This document shows, in pieces, positions 27,185 through 37,764 of a stretch of DNA of 64,000 nt. Each line of letters starts with the position of its first letter. Positions within the stretch are counted from its first letter, which is position 1. The translations under genes were made by a program, and so were the position numbers. Source of the stretch: Thermoproteota archaeon (lineage in GTDB: Archaea; Asgardarchaeota; Njordarchaeia; Njordarchaeales; Panguiarchaeaceae); the NCBI GenBank assembly GCA_024720975.1, contig JANJXX010000003.1, positions 1-64,000 of the forward strand. The letters are read 5' to 3'. Below the pieces are notes generated by a model. That model did no database searches. It was not told the origin of the DNA and saw only the letters and a program-made list of their open reading frames with translations.

Positions 27185-30100
27185 CTAGGTTTTCAACGCT
27201 AGTTCCTTTCTTATGAGCTCAACTATGTACTCTTTCCTATCAGGGGCCTTGTACTTGAATATGCCTTTCTCAATGAGCTTCAGTATCTTTATTACCTCTC
27301 TCACTTGCCAGGGTAGAGACCACCATGAAATGAGCTTATAACTACCGTAGGCAAACATCACCAGGAGTATTGTCAGCATTGGATACAGGAACATGTTAGC
27401 GATGTATATATATCCGATGCCTGGTATGTGTATTCTTGTGGAGCCTGATAAGTAATCCACCGCTACTACATACTTTAGAATATCATAGACGAATTTGTCA
27501 GCCGGTATCTCCCGGCCGTACATTTTCACGGACTTTACAAAGATTACTACTTCCCACTTATATCCTGGTGGAAACACACCCCAATCAACCACGATCCTGA
27601 ACACTCCAGCGCCTATCCTAGTGGCACTGTATATTCTAAACATTTCGGCCTCTATACTACTAACGTTCGCAATCACTACTGCATCATCAACTGGGAGATT
27701 TCCGTGATATACAAAGACGTCGATTTCTGTGATTTTATGCTCGTCTATAAATTGAATCCTAGTGATTTCTTGTGGAGGTTCTTTTGCCACAGTTATTTCG
27801 ACAGAAAACTTGTCTATTATTAATGTAATTATCTCTTTTTGTTCTTGGTGATACTGTTTCAAGAAGTACAACTCTATCTTGATTGATATGGGTAATTGAA
27901 TGTCAGTTCCCAAAACACCTGACAGCATTTCCAGTATTTGAACCGTATCAATTTTTAGCACATAGGAACCGACTTTACTGTCAAATACGAGAGTGCCCCT
28001 ATATAGGACGTTTTCTCCATAATATATTATGTAGGTGGCATTAGCATCAGTAATGGCTTGAACTTCACCACCCTTATAGCAGAAATATGAGATGCTCATA
28101 TTGAGATATTCGCCATATTCAAGTGCAATATCTTTTTGCGGAACGATGAGATACGTCGGTACAGAACTTATCGTTAAGGATATCTCCAAACGTTGTGTCT
28201 TGTAGTTCTCCTTGAATAGTGTAACTATTATTCTATAGTTACCCGTGCTCATATTATGTGTAAAGTTCAACTTTAGCAGGTAATCGCTCCCATATGGTTC
28301 TAACTCACCAGTCCGAACCGGGGTATCTTGTCCGAAAGGTAACACCATATAACTAGCTATCGCTCCGATTATTTTTTGTGGTGGTGAAGTCTCACTATCG
28401 TAATAGGATAAGAGTATGTAAGAGGTGTCACCCCATATTAGCTCTATTGATGTTGCGTTTGCCGTGGCAAATGTTTTTCTCGGGTTTATTTTTATCATTA
28501 TTGAGAGAAATCTTCCCTCGTAGTATTCTTTGCTGAAGTAAATCCTAGCCGTGAACTCGCCAACACCTAATTGGTGTACTGGTATGCTGAACATATATTT
28601 AGAATCTGTTTCCACCAGACTGCCTTCAGCCAGGAGCTCTTGCGTAATTGGATTAATTATTTCGAATCGAGTCACTGCATTTGAAACAAGCACTCTCCTT
28701 CTACTATCGTTATAATAAATCGACAAATTGTAGTTTTCCATTTGCCATGGTGTTTCCACATATGTCTGACTGAATAGCTCAGTTGGTCTTGGGTTAACCA
28801 CTAGCGTTATGAAATATTCTGATTTTGAGTAGTTTCCTTTGGATGCTGTGATAGTTATCATATACGCTCCGGTTGGGTATTTGAATGATGACAACGCAAA
28901 TATATACTCGTTGTCTTGCTGTACTAACATCCCCTCAAAGGATGTTGGTCCGGAGAACAAAATTCTAACACTTGCATCAGGTAAATAACTGTCATTCAAT
29001 GCATCCTGGAAGTATAATCTAACGCAAAATTCTTCGTCCCAGTATATGGTAGATGTTAACGCTGCCACTACAATTTTTGTGGGTCTAGGTTGAACCATTA
29101 CTGCAATTAAAAGCGGTTGTGGTCGCTGGTACTTATTGCCATATGCGTCAATAAAGTATTCCCTTCCACCAACTGTTGTTGTATTGACATCTATTACCAG
29201 GTAGTACATCTCCCCAGCTGGTAGTCCATATGTTGATATGTTAATACTGTATGTGCCCAGGGATACCTTACACATTTTTAGAGTGCCAAATCCCGGAACT
29301 ATTGTACCATTCTTCGCATAAACAATCTTCCATGTTACATTATCAGCGGCATCTACAAGGTTTACTTCGCTTATTATTGCCACCTTAGTGTATATGTTAC
29401 CTCCCCAATACAGGCTATATGAGTATGAACCTTCTCTAAGCTCTATTCTAAGTGGGGGAGGAGCTGTCGCATCAAGATCTATGAGAATCCATGTTTGACC
29501 TTGGGTCACATTGATGAGAGCCCATCTAACCATTGTTATATTATTACCATAAATGTCTTTCACGGGAGTCTTGTTAGTATAAGTTAAATTGTAGCTGTCG
29601 AAGTCAAATTTGTAGCTTACGGTTATGTTCCAAATGCCCCTTGGGATGTACACATCAAGATGTCCAGTAAGGTTGGTACTCGCGTAAGCTATTGTTTCAT
29701 TGAATCGAACCAGAGCTCCTTGGAGTATCCTCCCTTCCGTGTCATTGCATTGTATAATCACTCTTACTAGGTGGGGGAACTGGTAGAAACTACTTATCGA
29801 GAATGTTGTATATGGTATCGTCGAAAGATCCAAATCCTCTACTATGCTGTGTATATTATTCGCACTAGAAAGTGTTATGTTTAGAGTGTAGTTATCGTAT
29901 CTAGGAACATCGAACGTTACTTTTCCTGACCAATCTGTATAGCCCGCACTGACTATAGCTTCGGATGTTTTGTTAACCAATGTTACTTGTGCATTAACAA
30001 CTGGACCATTATCTCCATCCGCCACATTATAGGTTACTTGCAAAGTGAATCGCTCAGTTTGAGCTATTGATATTAGTAGTGGGGCTCGAAGTCTTAAAGC

Positions 30101-32323
30101 CATATATTCTATTGTTGATGAGCCACTTTCTGCGGCGAAAATCACGGCATACTTGGCTCTTATCCAGTCTCCCGAGGACGCCGACATGCCAAGAATTCTT
30201 ATCGCCCATAAGATATAGTCTTCATCCGTTGACGGACCTTCGCCCTTGTTTCCCCAGTATAAGTCCCTGTATTGAAAGCTACCCACATTGACCTCAAGTG
30301 AAATGTTTACGAAGCCTACTGCTCGATTAAATGTGCCATGATATAATGCTATCCAGTTCCAGTTACCATTGCCTTCATAGTCTTCTGTTTCAGCGAATGG
30401 AGGTTCAAAATACAATTCCACTGTGATATCATCATTTGAACTCCCATCGTCAGGATCATAATAACTCCCGTCATAGTAGTGCACGAGAATAGCATAATAC
30501 CCGCCTGTTTGCGGGATTATGTTACGAGTTAGTGGTGGAGGAGCACCAGATGTGTCTCTTATCCACTCCGTACCATCCGGGAGGTATATATGGTAGTGAA
30601 CTTTTGCATATTCGAGATTCCACCATATCCTAATATCGTAGTCATCTCCTCCTGTTCGCGGCATGGGAAGAATGAATGCTACTAATTCATTGTCGGCGAA
30701 ATATCTTTTTGCCCAACCACCGACAGAGTATCCGACATTACCTTCCCTACTTGTATCTATTGTTCTCGGATAAGTTGGATAGTAGTTATAGTTACAATAT
30801 GCAGAATATCGGCTAGTGTATATGAATTGTTCACTAGTAAAACTACCAGTAAAAGTTGCAATTGTTTGTCCTGTACCTGTGTTGGTTACTGTCACAGTGA
30901 AGCTTGCTGATGCACCTTCGCTGCAGTAAGCCAGAACAACAATTATCCATCGCTCATTTTCAGTTGCTACGCATACTTCCTCCTCAGTATAATCTTGGGA
31001 TACGACGAACCCATCTAGCTTGTCCCATAGGCTATCATATCCTTCAATCAAGAAGCCCCTCTCTGAATATACAAATACATCTAAGTCTACGTAACCGGAC
31101 CATGTTAAGCGCACACGGTATTGTGTATTTTTCGTCAATACTGGGGTTATAAAAGCTCTCAGATTGTTAGTCAAATCTTCTCTGCCCCAATCAGGATTTT
31201 TTGCCGACTTAGTCCAGGGCAACCCTTCGCCTAAAATTACGGTGCTAGCTGGCGTTGCTACACGGTCATATACTACATCAGCAGCATCATCTTGGTCGAA
31301 TATATATGCTCCGATCCAATAATTGGCATTGGGAACGTCATTAGCTGTCCACTTAACATAAGCTTCGACAAGCCAACCGAAGGCCAGAAATCTATAAGTA
31401 AAGTTTGCTTTAGCAATAGTTGAACCACTTGTATCGTATATTGGTGCATTTATTACTTTGTATAATATAAATATAGGGCCGTTTTGTGTTTCCGTATCAA
31501 TAAATCTACTCTCCGGCTGGCTCGTGGCATTCGCATCTCCAAATGGGTTTGCAAGAGATGGATTACGGGATATGCCTATATCATTCATCGGTGATGTATA
31601 GAGGTTTAGGCTTGTTGATGCTTCCGTTATCTCAAGTATTCTACCACCGGTCCATACATACCTCGCTCCTATTTGTCTTCCAGGTGCTAAAACCGCCTTG
31701 GAGTAGCTCTGACCAGCTATTGTATATATGGGCTGTCCGGTACTTGGATCAGTTGATACTGATAGCATTACTTGAGTTGGAAATACTGGTCTACCAACAG
31801 GTTTGGTATCATAGTATATATAGTATTCAGCTGAGCTACCAGCGCCGACAGTCGCGAGGAATGTTATCGTCGCAGACATCATGTGTGTTTGATTGCCAGT
31901 ACTATTCCAAATTTGAAATACCACAATGCCTCCAGTTTTGTTGACTAATCTTATTCCCTGCCTGTTTGCACATGGGTTGAATTTTACGTAAACATCAACG
32001 GGCCAATTAATTCTAGAATATCCTGCAGGTTCAGTTACGGTTATGTTTATCCTGTAGTTATAGCTTATGTTATGCCACTCTCCGGGATAATGCTCTCCTC
32101 CAACGCCTTCTCTCATTTCTACGTTTGATAGCTCAACTTTCACAAAGTTAGACGCATTAACCGGCGTTAGGCTACAACCTCTTCCAGGGATTCTCTGAAT
32201 TCTGACTTCTTTTTTAGGACTGTCCAATTTTAAAGTGCTGCTAATCCTATGCTCGTATGTGAAAGCTATGACTTGCACTGCTAGTATATATATCAATAAC
32301 ACACATAAGAGTCTACTTCTCAA
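27185..32323 (-). CDS. Large membrane-anchored surface glycoprotein (DUF2341-like N-terminus, Ig-like repeats)
   Basis: Signal peptide; WHNISYNYRINITV; repeated PRPT/PRKT…GxYxIxIxxxKxxY units; many NxS/T sequons; C-terminal TM helix and cytoplasmic tail. Confidence 0.8.
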   Translation of the reverse strand: MRSRLLCVLLIYILAVQVIAFTYEHRISSTLKLDSPKKEVRIQRIPGRGCSLTPVNASNFVKVELSNVEMREGVGGEHYPGEWHNISYNYRINITVTEPAGYSRINWPVDVYVKFNPCANRQGIRLVNKTGGIVVFQIWNSTGNQTHMMSATITFLATVGAGSSAEYYIYYDTKPVGRPVFPTQVMLSVSTDPSTGQPIYTIAGQSYSKAVLAPGRQIGARYVWTGGRILEITEASTSLNLYTSPMNDIGISRNPSLANPFGDANATSQPESRFIDTETQNGPIFILYKVINAPIYDTSGSTIAKANFTYRFLAFGWLVEAYVKWTANDVPNANYWIGAYIFDQDDAADVVYDRVATPASTVILGEGLPWTKSAKNPDWGREDLTNNLRAFITPVLTKNTQYRVRLTWSGYVDLDVFVYSERGFLIEGYDSLWDKLDGFVVSQDYTEEEVCVATENERWIIVVLAYCSEGASASFTVTVTNTGTGQTIATFTGSFTSEQFIYTSRYSAYCNYNYYPTYPRTIDTSREGNVGYSVGGWAKRYFADNELVAFILPMPRTGGDDYDIRIWWNLEYAKVHYHIYLPDGTEWIRDTSGAPPPLTRNIIPQTGGYYAILVHYYDGSYYDPDDGSSNDDITVELYFEPPFAETEDYEGNGNWNWIALYHGTFNRAVGFVNISLEVNVGSFQYRDLYWGNKGEGPSTDEDYILWAIRILGMSASSGDWIRAKYAVIFAAESGSSTIEYMALRLRAPLLISIAQTERFTLQVTYNVADGDNGPVVNAQVTLVNKTSEAIVSAGYTDWSGKVTFDVPRYDNYTLNITLSSANNIHSIVEDLDLSTIPYTTFSISSFYQFPHLVRVIIQCNDTEGRILQGALVRFNETIAYASTNLTGHLDVYIPRGIWNITVSYKFDFDSYNLTYTNKTPVKDIYGNNITMVRWALINVTQGQTWILIDLDATAPPPLRIELREGSYSYSLYWGGNIYTKVAIISEVNLVDAADNVTWKIVYAKNGTIVPGFGTLKMCKVSLGTYSINISTYGLPAGEMYYLVIDVNTTTVGGREYFIDAYGNKYQRPQPLLIAVMVQPRPTKIVVAALTSTIYWDEEFCVRLYFQDALNDSYLPDASVRILFSGPTSFEGMLVQQDNEYIFALSSFKYPTGAYMITITASKGNYSKSEYFITLVVNPRPTELFSQTYVETPWQMENYNLSIYYNDSRRRVLVSNAVTRFEIINPITQELLAEGSLVETDSKYMFSIPVHQLGVGEFTARIYFSKEYYEGRFLSIMIKINPRKTFATANATSIELIWGDTSYILLSYYDSETSPPQKIIGAIASYMVLPFGQDTPVRTGELEPYGSDYLLKLNFTHNMSTGNYRIIVTLFKENYKTQRLEISLTISSVPTYLIVPQKDIALEYGEYLNMSISYFCYKGGEVQAITDANATYIIYYGENVLYRGTLVFDSKVGSYVLKIDTVQILEMLSGVLGTDIQLPISIKIELYFLKQYHQEQKEIITLIIDKFSVEITVAKEPPQEITRIQFIDEHKITEIDVFVYHGNLPVDDAVVIANVSSIEAEMFRIYSATRIGAGVFRIVVDWGVFPPGYKWEVVIFVKSVKMYGREIPADKFVYDILKYVVAVDYLSGSTRIHIPGIGYIYIANMFLYPMLTILLVMFAYGSYKLISWWSLPWQVREVIKILKLIEKGIFKYKAPDRKEYIVELIRKELALKT

Positions 32324-32658
32324 TAGAGAACACCAGCATTAGCAATTGATATATATAATGACATTACAAATTTTAGTATTAATGTATACGTTCGCTTACA
32401 TTTGAACGAAAATTGAGAAAACATACACGACTTCAAAATGCTTTATTGTGTTGGACTTAAAAGTAGGATTGCATGAACTTTTGGACACTTTAAATTGTTC
32501 TAGTATTGTATTCTGATCTAAGTCAGTTTAGTTGGTAAAATCTTGGCATCAACATATATTATTCGTATATATTTTGATTATGTTGATTATATAATTCCTC
32601 TTAGAAATCTTAGAAATGGTGCATTCAAGTATCGTCTTCATTAGGTCCTGGTTTCTGG

Positions 32659-33396
32659 TTGGTGAATCTATTGCAAGATAAGACTGAGCAGATACCAATG
32701 AAAGAGGTTAAGCCTCGCATGGTTACTATTTACTACATGGGGAAGGCTTACCAAGTTCCTGAAGGAATAACTATTATCAAAGCTCTGGAGTACATCGGTT
32801 ACAGGTTGGTGCGAGGTGTTGGATGCAGGAGTGGATTCTGTGGTGCTTGTACTACGTTCTATCGGAAGAAAAATGACTATAGACTGTATTCGGGTTTAGC
32901 TTGTCAGACTCCAGTCGAGGATGGCATGTACTTAACGCAACTACCCTTCATTCCGGCTGAGAGGAGAAGATATAGGATTGAGGACGCCAAGGCTGATTTT
33001 CATTTTGTGCTGTCTCTTTATCCTGAGATTGCTAGGTGTGTTGGATGCAATTCATGTACTAGGGTTTGTCCTCAAGAGATACAAGTTATGGATGCCGTTC
33101 AGGCGATACTCAGGGGTGATCTAGCAAAGGCTGCAAAAATGGTCTTTGATTGTATCTCTTGTGGGGCTTGTAGTATGAGGTGCCCTGCTGAGATTGTGCA
33201 TTACAATGTCTTCCAACTTGTTAGGAGGTTGTATGGTAAGTATATTGCTCCAAAGGCGAAGCATTTAGCAAGTAGGGTTGAGGAGATACAAAACAATTAT
33301 TACGAGGAACAATTTAAGAAGCTGTTCTCCATGAGTGTTAATGATTGGAAGGTTTTGGCGGAGAAGCTTCAGAAGAAGGAGAGTATAACCATATGA
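32659..33396 (+). CDS. SdhB/FrdB-like Fe-S protein ([2Fe-2S] + 2x[4Fe-4S])
   Basis: GCRSGFCGAC…LACQ, CVGCNSCTRVCP, CISCGACSMRCP. Start may be ATG 32698. Confidence 0.85.
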   Translation: MVNLLQDKTEQIPMKEVKPRMVTIYYMGKAYQVPEGITIIKALEYIGYRLVRGVGCRSGFCGACTTFYRKKNDYRLYSGLACQTPVEDGMYLTQLPFIPAERRRYRIEDAKADFHFVLSLYPEIARCVGCNSCTRVCPQEIQVMDAVQAILRGDLAKAAKMVFDCISCGACSMRCPAEIVHYNVFQLVRRLYGKYIAPKAKHLASRVEEIQNNYYEEQFKKLFSMSVNDWKVLAEKLQKKESITI

Positions 33397-33406
33397 GGTG
33401 AAGAAA

Positions 33407-35050
33407 ATGAAGCATCCGGGTTACCCGCCTGAATTTTGGGACTCAATAGAGAGAGTTGAAGAAACTCGCGATAAGAGGCTAAAAGAGAAATTTCCAAAGA
33501 TGTCGGTGACTGAAAGAGAGGATATTGTACGCAAATATCACCCAGATTACAAGGAGGGTACAAAGAGGCCTGTTCGCGTTGGAGCCTATAAGGGTCAGCT
33601 AGCACCTCATGAGGTCGCAGATTTGCTTGAGGCTCATGCCTTGATAAACCCAGATGACGTAGATTTAAGCAATGTAGACTATGACACTGACGTATTAGTT
33701 ATAGGCGGCGGTGGTGCTGGGGCATCTGCAGCATTGTGGGCTAATATAAGTGGTGTTCCGGCAGATCAAATCTTAATAGTCACAAAGCTAAGATTTGGAG
33801 ATTCAAACACGAAGGGAGCCCAGGGTGGTATACAAGCGGCTGATAGAGAGTATGACTCTCCCATATACCACTTCCTGGATGTACTATATGGAGGTCATTT
33901 TACGAATGATCCAGAACTCGTAAAAATTCTTGTCACTGAAGCACCACTAATAATAAAATTCCTAGAGGACTTAGGTGTTATGTTTGATAAAGAATCTAAC
34001 GGAGTAATGATCGAGGTTTCAGGTGGAGGATGTAGCAGAGACCGCATGCACTCCTGTGGTGATTACACAGGACTTGAAATAATGCGCGTATTAATGGACG
34101 AAGTTCTCAATAGAGGGATACCAGTCCTAGAATTTTCTCCTGCTGTTGAGCTCATAACTGATGACCGAGGGCAAGTAGCAGGAGCTGTTGTTATGAATCT
34201 TGAGACAGGAAGATACCACGTGGTACGTGCTAAAGCAACAATAATAGCAACTGGTGGCTTTGGAAGGCTACACATACAGGGCTTTCAAACATCTAATCAC
34301 TACGGAGCAACTATGGATGGCGTCGTTTTGGCTTACCGAGTTGGAGCTCAATTGAGAGATATGGATGCTGTTCAATATCATCCAACTGGTGCAGCGTGGC
34401 CTCCCCAACTCGCTGGTCAGCTAGTAACTGAAAAAGTGCGCTCGTTAGGTGCCCAGCTAGTAAATGTCAATGGCGAGCAATTCGTATACGAGCTAGAACC
34501 AAGGGATACTGTATCTGCTGCTATAATTCGCGAGTGTGAAGAGAGGAAGAGGGGCATAAAGACTATAGTGGGTTGGGGCGTTTGGCTGGATAGCCCGATG
34601 ATCGAGATAATACATGGTGAGGGAACTATAGAAAAATTCTTACCGGCGATGTTTAGGCAATTTAGGAGGTATGGGATTGACATAAGAAAGGAGCCAATAT
34701 TGACCTATCCAACACTCCACTATCAAAATGGAGGTATTCTGATAAACCAGTACACGCAGGTCCTAGACGCCGAAAGAAAACCAATACCTAATCTATTCGC
34801 TGCTGGTGAATGCACAGGTGGTGTACATGGAAAGAATAGGCTAATGGGCAATAGTCTACTAGAGATAACAGTATTTGGTCGTCGTGCAGGAAATTTTGCA
34901 GCTAAACATGTGAAGAATGTCTCCCTTGGTAAGCTAACATTAGATCATGTAACCAAATGGGAGAATATGCTCAAAGAAGCCAAGATAAGAAGCAGTAAGA
35001 AGGCACCAATAATTCTTCCGGACTATCGAGGAGACATGATATTTAGGTAA
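33407..35050 (+). CDS. Succinate dehydrogenase/fumarate reductase-family flavoprotein with non-covalent FAD (Tfr-like)
   Basis: GGGGAG, SNTKGAQGG (no FAD-linking His), QYHPTG, TEKVR, PRDTV, HYQNGG, HGKNRLMGNSL. ATG 33407 follows GAGGTGA. Confidence 0.88.
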   Translation: MKHPGYPPEFWDSIERVEETRDKRLKEKFPKMSVTEREDIVRKYHPDYKEGTKRPVRVGAYKGQLAPHEVADLLEAHALINPDDVDLSNVDYDTDVLVIGGGGAGASAALWANISGVPADQILIVTKLRFGDSNTKGAQGGIQAADREYDSPIYHFLDVLYGGHFTNDPELVKILVTEAPLIIKFLEDLGVMFDKESNGVMIEVSGGGCSRDRMHSCGDYTGLEIMRVLMDEVLNRGIPVLEFSPAVELITDDRGQVAGAVVMNLETGRYHVVRAKATIIATGGFGRLHIQGFQTSNHYGATMDGVVLAYRVGAQLRDMDAVQYHPTGAAWPPQLAGQLVTEKVRSLGAQLVNVNGEQFVYELEPRDTVSAAIIRECEERKRGIKTIVGWGVWLDSPMIEIIHGEGTIEKFLPAMFRQFRRYGIDIRKEPILTYPTLHYQNGGILINQYTQVLDAERKPIPNLFAAGECTGGVHGKNRLMGNSLLEITVFGRRAGNFAAKHVKNVSLGKLTLDHVTKWENMLKEAKIRSSKKAPIILPDYRGDMIFR

Positions 35051-35179
35051 GCCACCTTTTTTATCTATCCCCAAGACCTAGCCTGCAGGGTAGCAGACTT
35101 TGAGAAAGCGAACTTCTTATAAGCAATTTAAACCAATAAATACCATTAACTTACTCAAGGAAGTTTACCATGATCTCTG

Positions 35180-36241
35180 GTGCGTGTATTGATAAAGAAA
35201 GCATTGCGAAGAATTTATAAAGACAAGCTTCGGCTCTTGATGGGAAGATTATCCGAAGAGTATAACATTTTCAGTCCAAAGCTTGTGGAGGGAAGGATTA
35301 TCTTTGACCGCATAGATGACGTCTCAGAGATCATTAATGAATATCACACAAGGCCGGTTCTGCCTGTGAAAAAGCTTTTTCTACCTCAGAGAGAGACTCT
35401 ATTCGAGTATGAGATAGTTGACAATGATGTTATCATCAGCGATAAACTAGATCTTGTTGCTAGAGAGAAAAGATGCATTTTTGGAGTTAGAGCTTGTGAT
35501 ATTGCAAGTCTCCAAATTTTAAGGAGATTCTTTAGCAGGGGGCCAGGCGATCCCTACGTTATTGGCAGACTTAGTAACTCCATGATAATTGGAATTATGT
35601 GCAATAGTGTCTTTCCGTCATGCTTCTGTCATTTCACCGACAGTGGACCCCTGCCAAAAGATGGATTTGATCTCTTTCTTGTTGACGTTGATGACTATTT
35701 CATCGCAATCATTGGAAGTGAGAGAGGGAATCAAATTGCTTCAAAGAACGAGGATATATTTCTTGATGCAAACAAGGACGATGCTCTGGCTATAGATAAT
35801 AAGGTTAAAGAAATTGTTTCGCTTATGAAATCACCACCAGTAGTTGATCAAATGGTTTTATATGACGCCTTCGTTAGGAGTTTCAATCTAGACTTCTGGG
35901 AGGACTATGCTAAAAAATGCCTCTCCTGTGGTAAATGTAACTTTAATTGCCCGACGTGCTATTGTTTTGATATCTTTGACGAAGTAGATCTTGACCTTCG
36001 GAAGGGAAGACGCGTTAGAGTGTGGGATTCATGCCACTTTCTAAGTTTCACTAGAGTAGCAAGTGGTGAAATTTTCAGAAGGAACCGGAGTTCAAGGTTA
36101 AAGCAGAGAGTCTATCACAAATTCGTATACTCAGTTAATGACATAGGTCTAATTTCATGCGTCGGTTGTGGGAGATGCTTCGAAGTATGTCCAGCATCTA
36201 TAGACCTACGAGACATTATTACGAAGGTCCTGTGTGGTTAG
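35180..36241 (+). CDS. hydB: Sulfhydrogenase beta subunit (AsrA-like Fe-S)
   Basis: FGVRACD, C…CFC, CLSCGKCNFNCPTCYCF, RVWDSC, CVGCGRCFEVCP. Confidence 0.9.
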   Translation: MRVLIKKALRRIYKDKLRLLMGRLSEEYNIFSPKLVEGRIIFDRIDDVSEIINEYHTRPVLPVKKLFLPQRETLFEYEIVDNDVIISDKLDLVAREKRCIFGVRACDIASLQILRRFFSRGPGDPYVIGRLSNSMIIGIMCNSVFPSCFCHFTDSGPLPKDGFDLFLVDVDDYFIAIIGSERGNQIASKNEDIFLDANKDDALAIDNKVKEIVSLMKSPPVVDQMVLYDAFVRSFNLDFWEDYAKKCLSCGKCNFNCPTCYCFDIFDEVDLDLRKGRRVRVWDSCHFLSFTRVASGEIFRRNRSSRLKQRVYHKFVYSVNDIGLISCVGCGRCFEVCPASIDLRDIITKVLCG

Positions 36242-37076
36242 CATGAAGAACCCATATATTCCGACGAAAGCTATCATAACGCACATTCGAAATGAAACAC
36301 CTGACACAAAGACTTTCAGGATAAGAATTCTGGATCAAAACGAGTTTAGTTTCACTCCCGGTCAATTCATTCAACTCAGCGTCTTCGGCTTTGGTGAAGC
36401 GCCTTTCTCAATTGCTGGATCAACAAATGAGAAAGAGCTAGAAATTACTGTGAGGCGGATCGGAACAGTTACTGGAGCGTTATTCAGAAAAAATGTTGGT
36501 GATATCGTTGGAGTGAGGGGTCCTTTCGGTAAGGGCTGGCCCATTGGTTTAATGCTGAGGAGGAACATTCTCATAATAGCTGGTGGACTTGGATTAGCTC
36601 CACTCAGGTCACTGGTGCACTACATCATTCTAAACAGGGAGGAATTCGGCAAGGTTTACCTCCTTTATGGCGCTAGGACGCCAGCTGACCTTCTTTATAA
36701 AGACGAATTCAACACGTGGAGCAGGTATATAGATCTCCACTTAACTGTTGACAAGGGCGATAATTATTGGAAAGGAAGAGTTGGTCTTGTTACAATTCTA
36801 CTTGATGATGTAAGTGTCGATACCGAAGATACGATAGCACTGCAATGTGGACCTCCTATAATGATGCACTTTGTCTCGAAGAAATTAAAGAGCCTAGGAT
36901 TTCCTGATGAGAATATTTATCTGTCCCTAGAAAGGCTAATGAAGTGTGGCATGGGCTTTTGTGGTAGGTGTACCGTAAGCGGCAGATATGTTTGCATTGA
37001 GGGCCCAGTCTTCTGCTACGCCGACATTAAGAGCTTTATAGAGGCGATTCCGGAAGCAGGTGTTGAGCATGCATAA
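36234..37076 (+). CDS. hydG: Sulfhydrogenase gamma subunit (FAD/NAD(P), [2Fe-2S])
   Basis: PGQF…GEAPFSI, RGPFGKG, AGGLGLAPLRS, CGPPIMM, ERLMKCGMGFCGRC…CIEGPVF. Confidence 0.92.
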   Translation: MVSMKNPYIPTKAIITHIRNETPDTKTFRIRILDQNEFSFTPGQFIQLSVFGFGEAPFSIAGSTNEKELEITVRRIGTVTGALFRKNVGDIVGVRGPFGKGWPIGLMLRRNILIIAGGLGLAPLRSLVHYIILNREEFGKVYLLYGARTPADLLYKDEFNTWSRYIDLHLTVDKGDNYWKGRVGLVTILLDDVSVDTEDTIALQCGPPIMMHFVSKKLKSLGFPDENIYLSLERLMKCGMGFCGRCTVSGRYVCIEGPVFCYADIKSFIEAIPEAGVEHA

Positions 37077-37764
37077 ATTAAAAGTCGGAATTTACTCACT
37101 ATCATCCTGTGAAGGTTGCATCGTCCAAATTCTAAACCTGGAGGAGAGGTTACTAGAGGTCTTAAACCACGTCGATTTAGTCGAATGCAGAGTCCTTGGG
37201 CTGAAGCATGATGACGAAGTTGATGTAGCTTTCGTCGAGGGATTTGTTAGCAGTGATGAAGAAGCAACCAAAATCAAGGAGATAAGGGGGAGAAGCAGGA
37301 TCCTTATAGCCTTAGGCGACTGCGCTTATTCAGGCATGAGATTCGTCGCGAAAGATTTCGGAACCTCCACTATTAGAGCTGATCCTATAAACATGTACGT
37401 TAACGTTGACTACCACCTGCGAGGCTGCCCGATAGATTCCGAAGAATTCCTATCTTTGATCAGTGACTTAATTCACGGCAAAAAATTTAAGGAGAGCAGT
37501 AAGACTGTTTGTTCAGAATGTATCCTACTCGAAAATAAATGCTTGTTGGATAAGGGATTTTTGTGCTTAGGACCCATAACTAGAGGAGGATGTAATGCTA
37601 TCTGCATTGCAAATAATAAGGGATGTTTCGGTTGTAGGGGTTTAGGTGATGATGTCAATATTAGCGCTTTTATAGAGAGTCTTAAGAGTAAAGGCATAAG
37701 CATACCAAGTTACTTGCTAGGCCTACTAAAGGGTCCCGGTTATGGGAGTAGTCAGAATAGTTGA
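37069..37764 (+). CDS. hydD: Group 3b [NiFe] hydrogenase small subunit
   Basis: SSCEGC, LGDCA, RGCP, VCSEC…CLL…CLGPITRGGC…CFGCRG. ATG 37069 follows AGGTG. Confidence 0.9.
   Translation: MHKLKVGIYSLSSCEGCIVQILNLEERLLEVLNHVDLVECRVLGLKHDDEVDVAFVEGFVSSDEEATKIKEIRGRSRILIALGDCAYSGMRFVAKDFGTSTIRADPINMYVNVDYHLRGCPIDSEEFLSLISDLIHGKKFKESSKTVCSECILLENKCLLDKGFLCLGPITRGGCNAICIANNKGCFGCRGLGDDVNISAFIESLKSKGISIPSYLLGLLKGPGYGSSQNS

Noticed and set aside
33407-35050. Firm call as nadB or sdhA
   Set aside because: It lacks the NadB EGGHS Glu (has SGGGCS), and lacks the SdhA covalent-FAD His and membrane anchors; left at family level.
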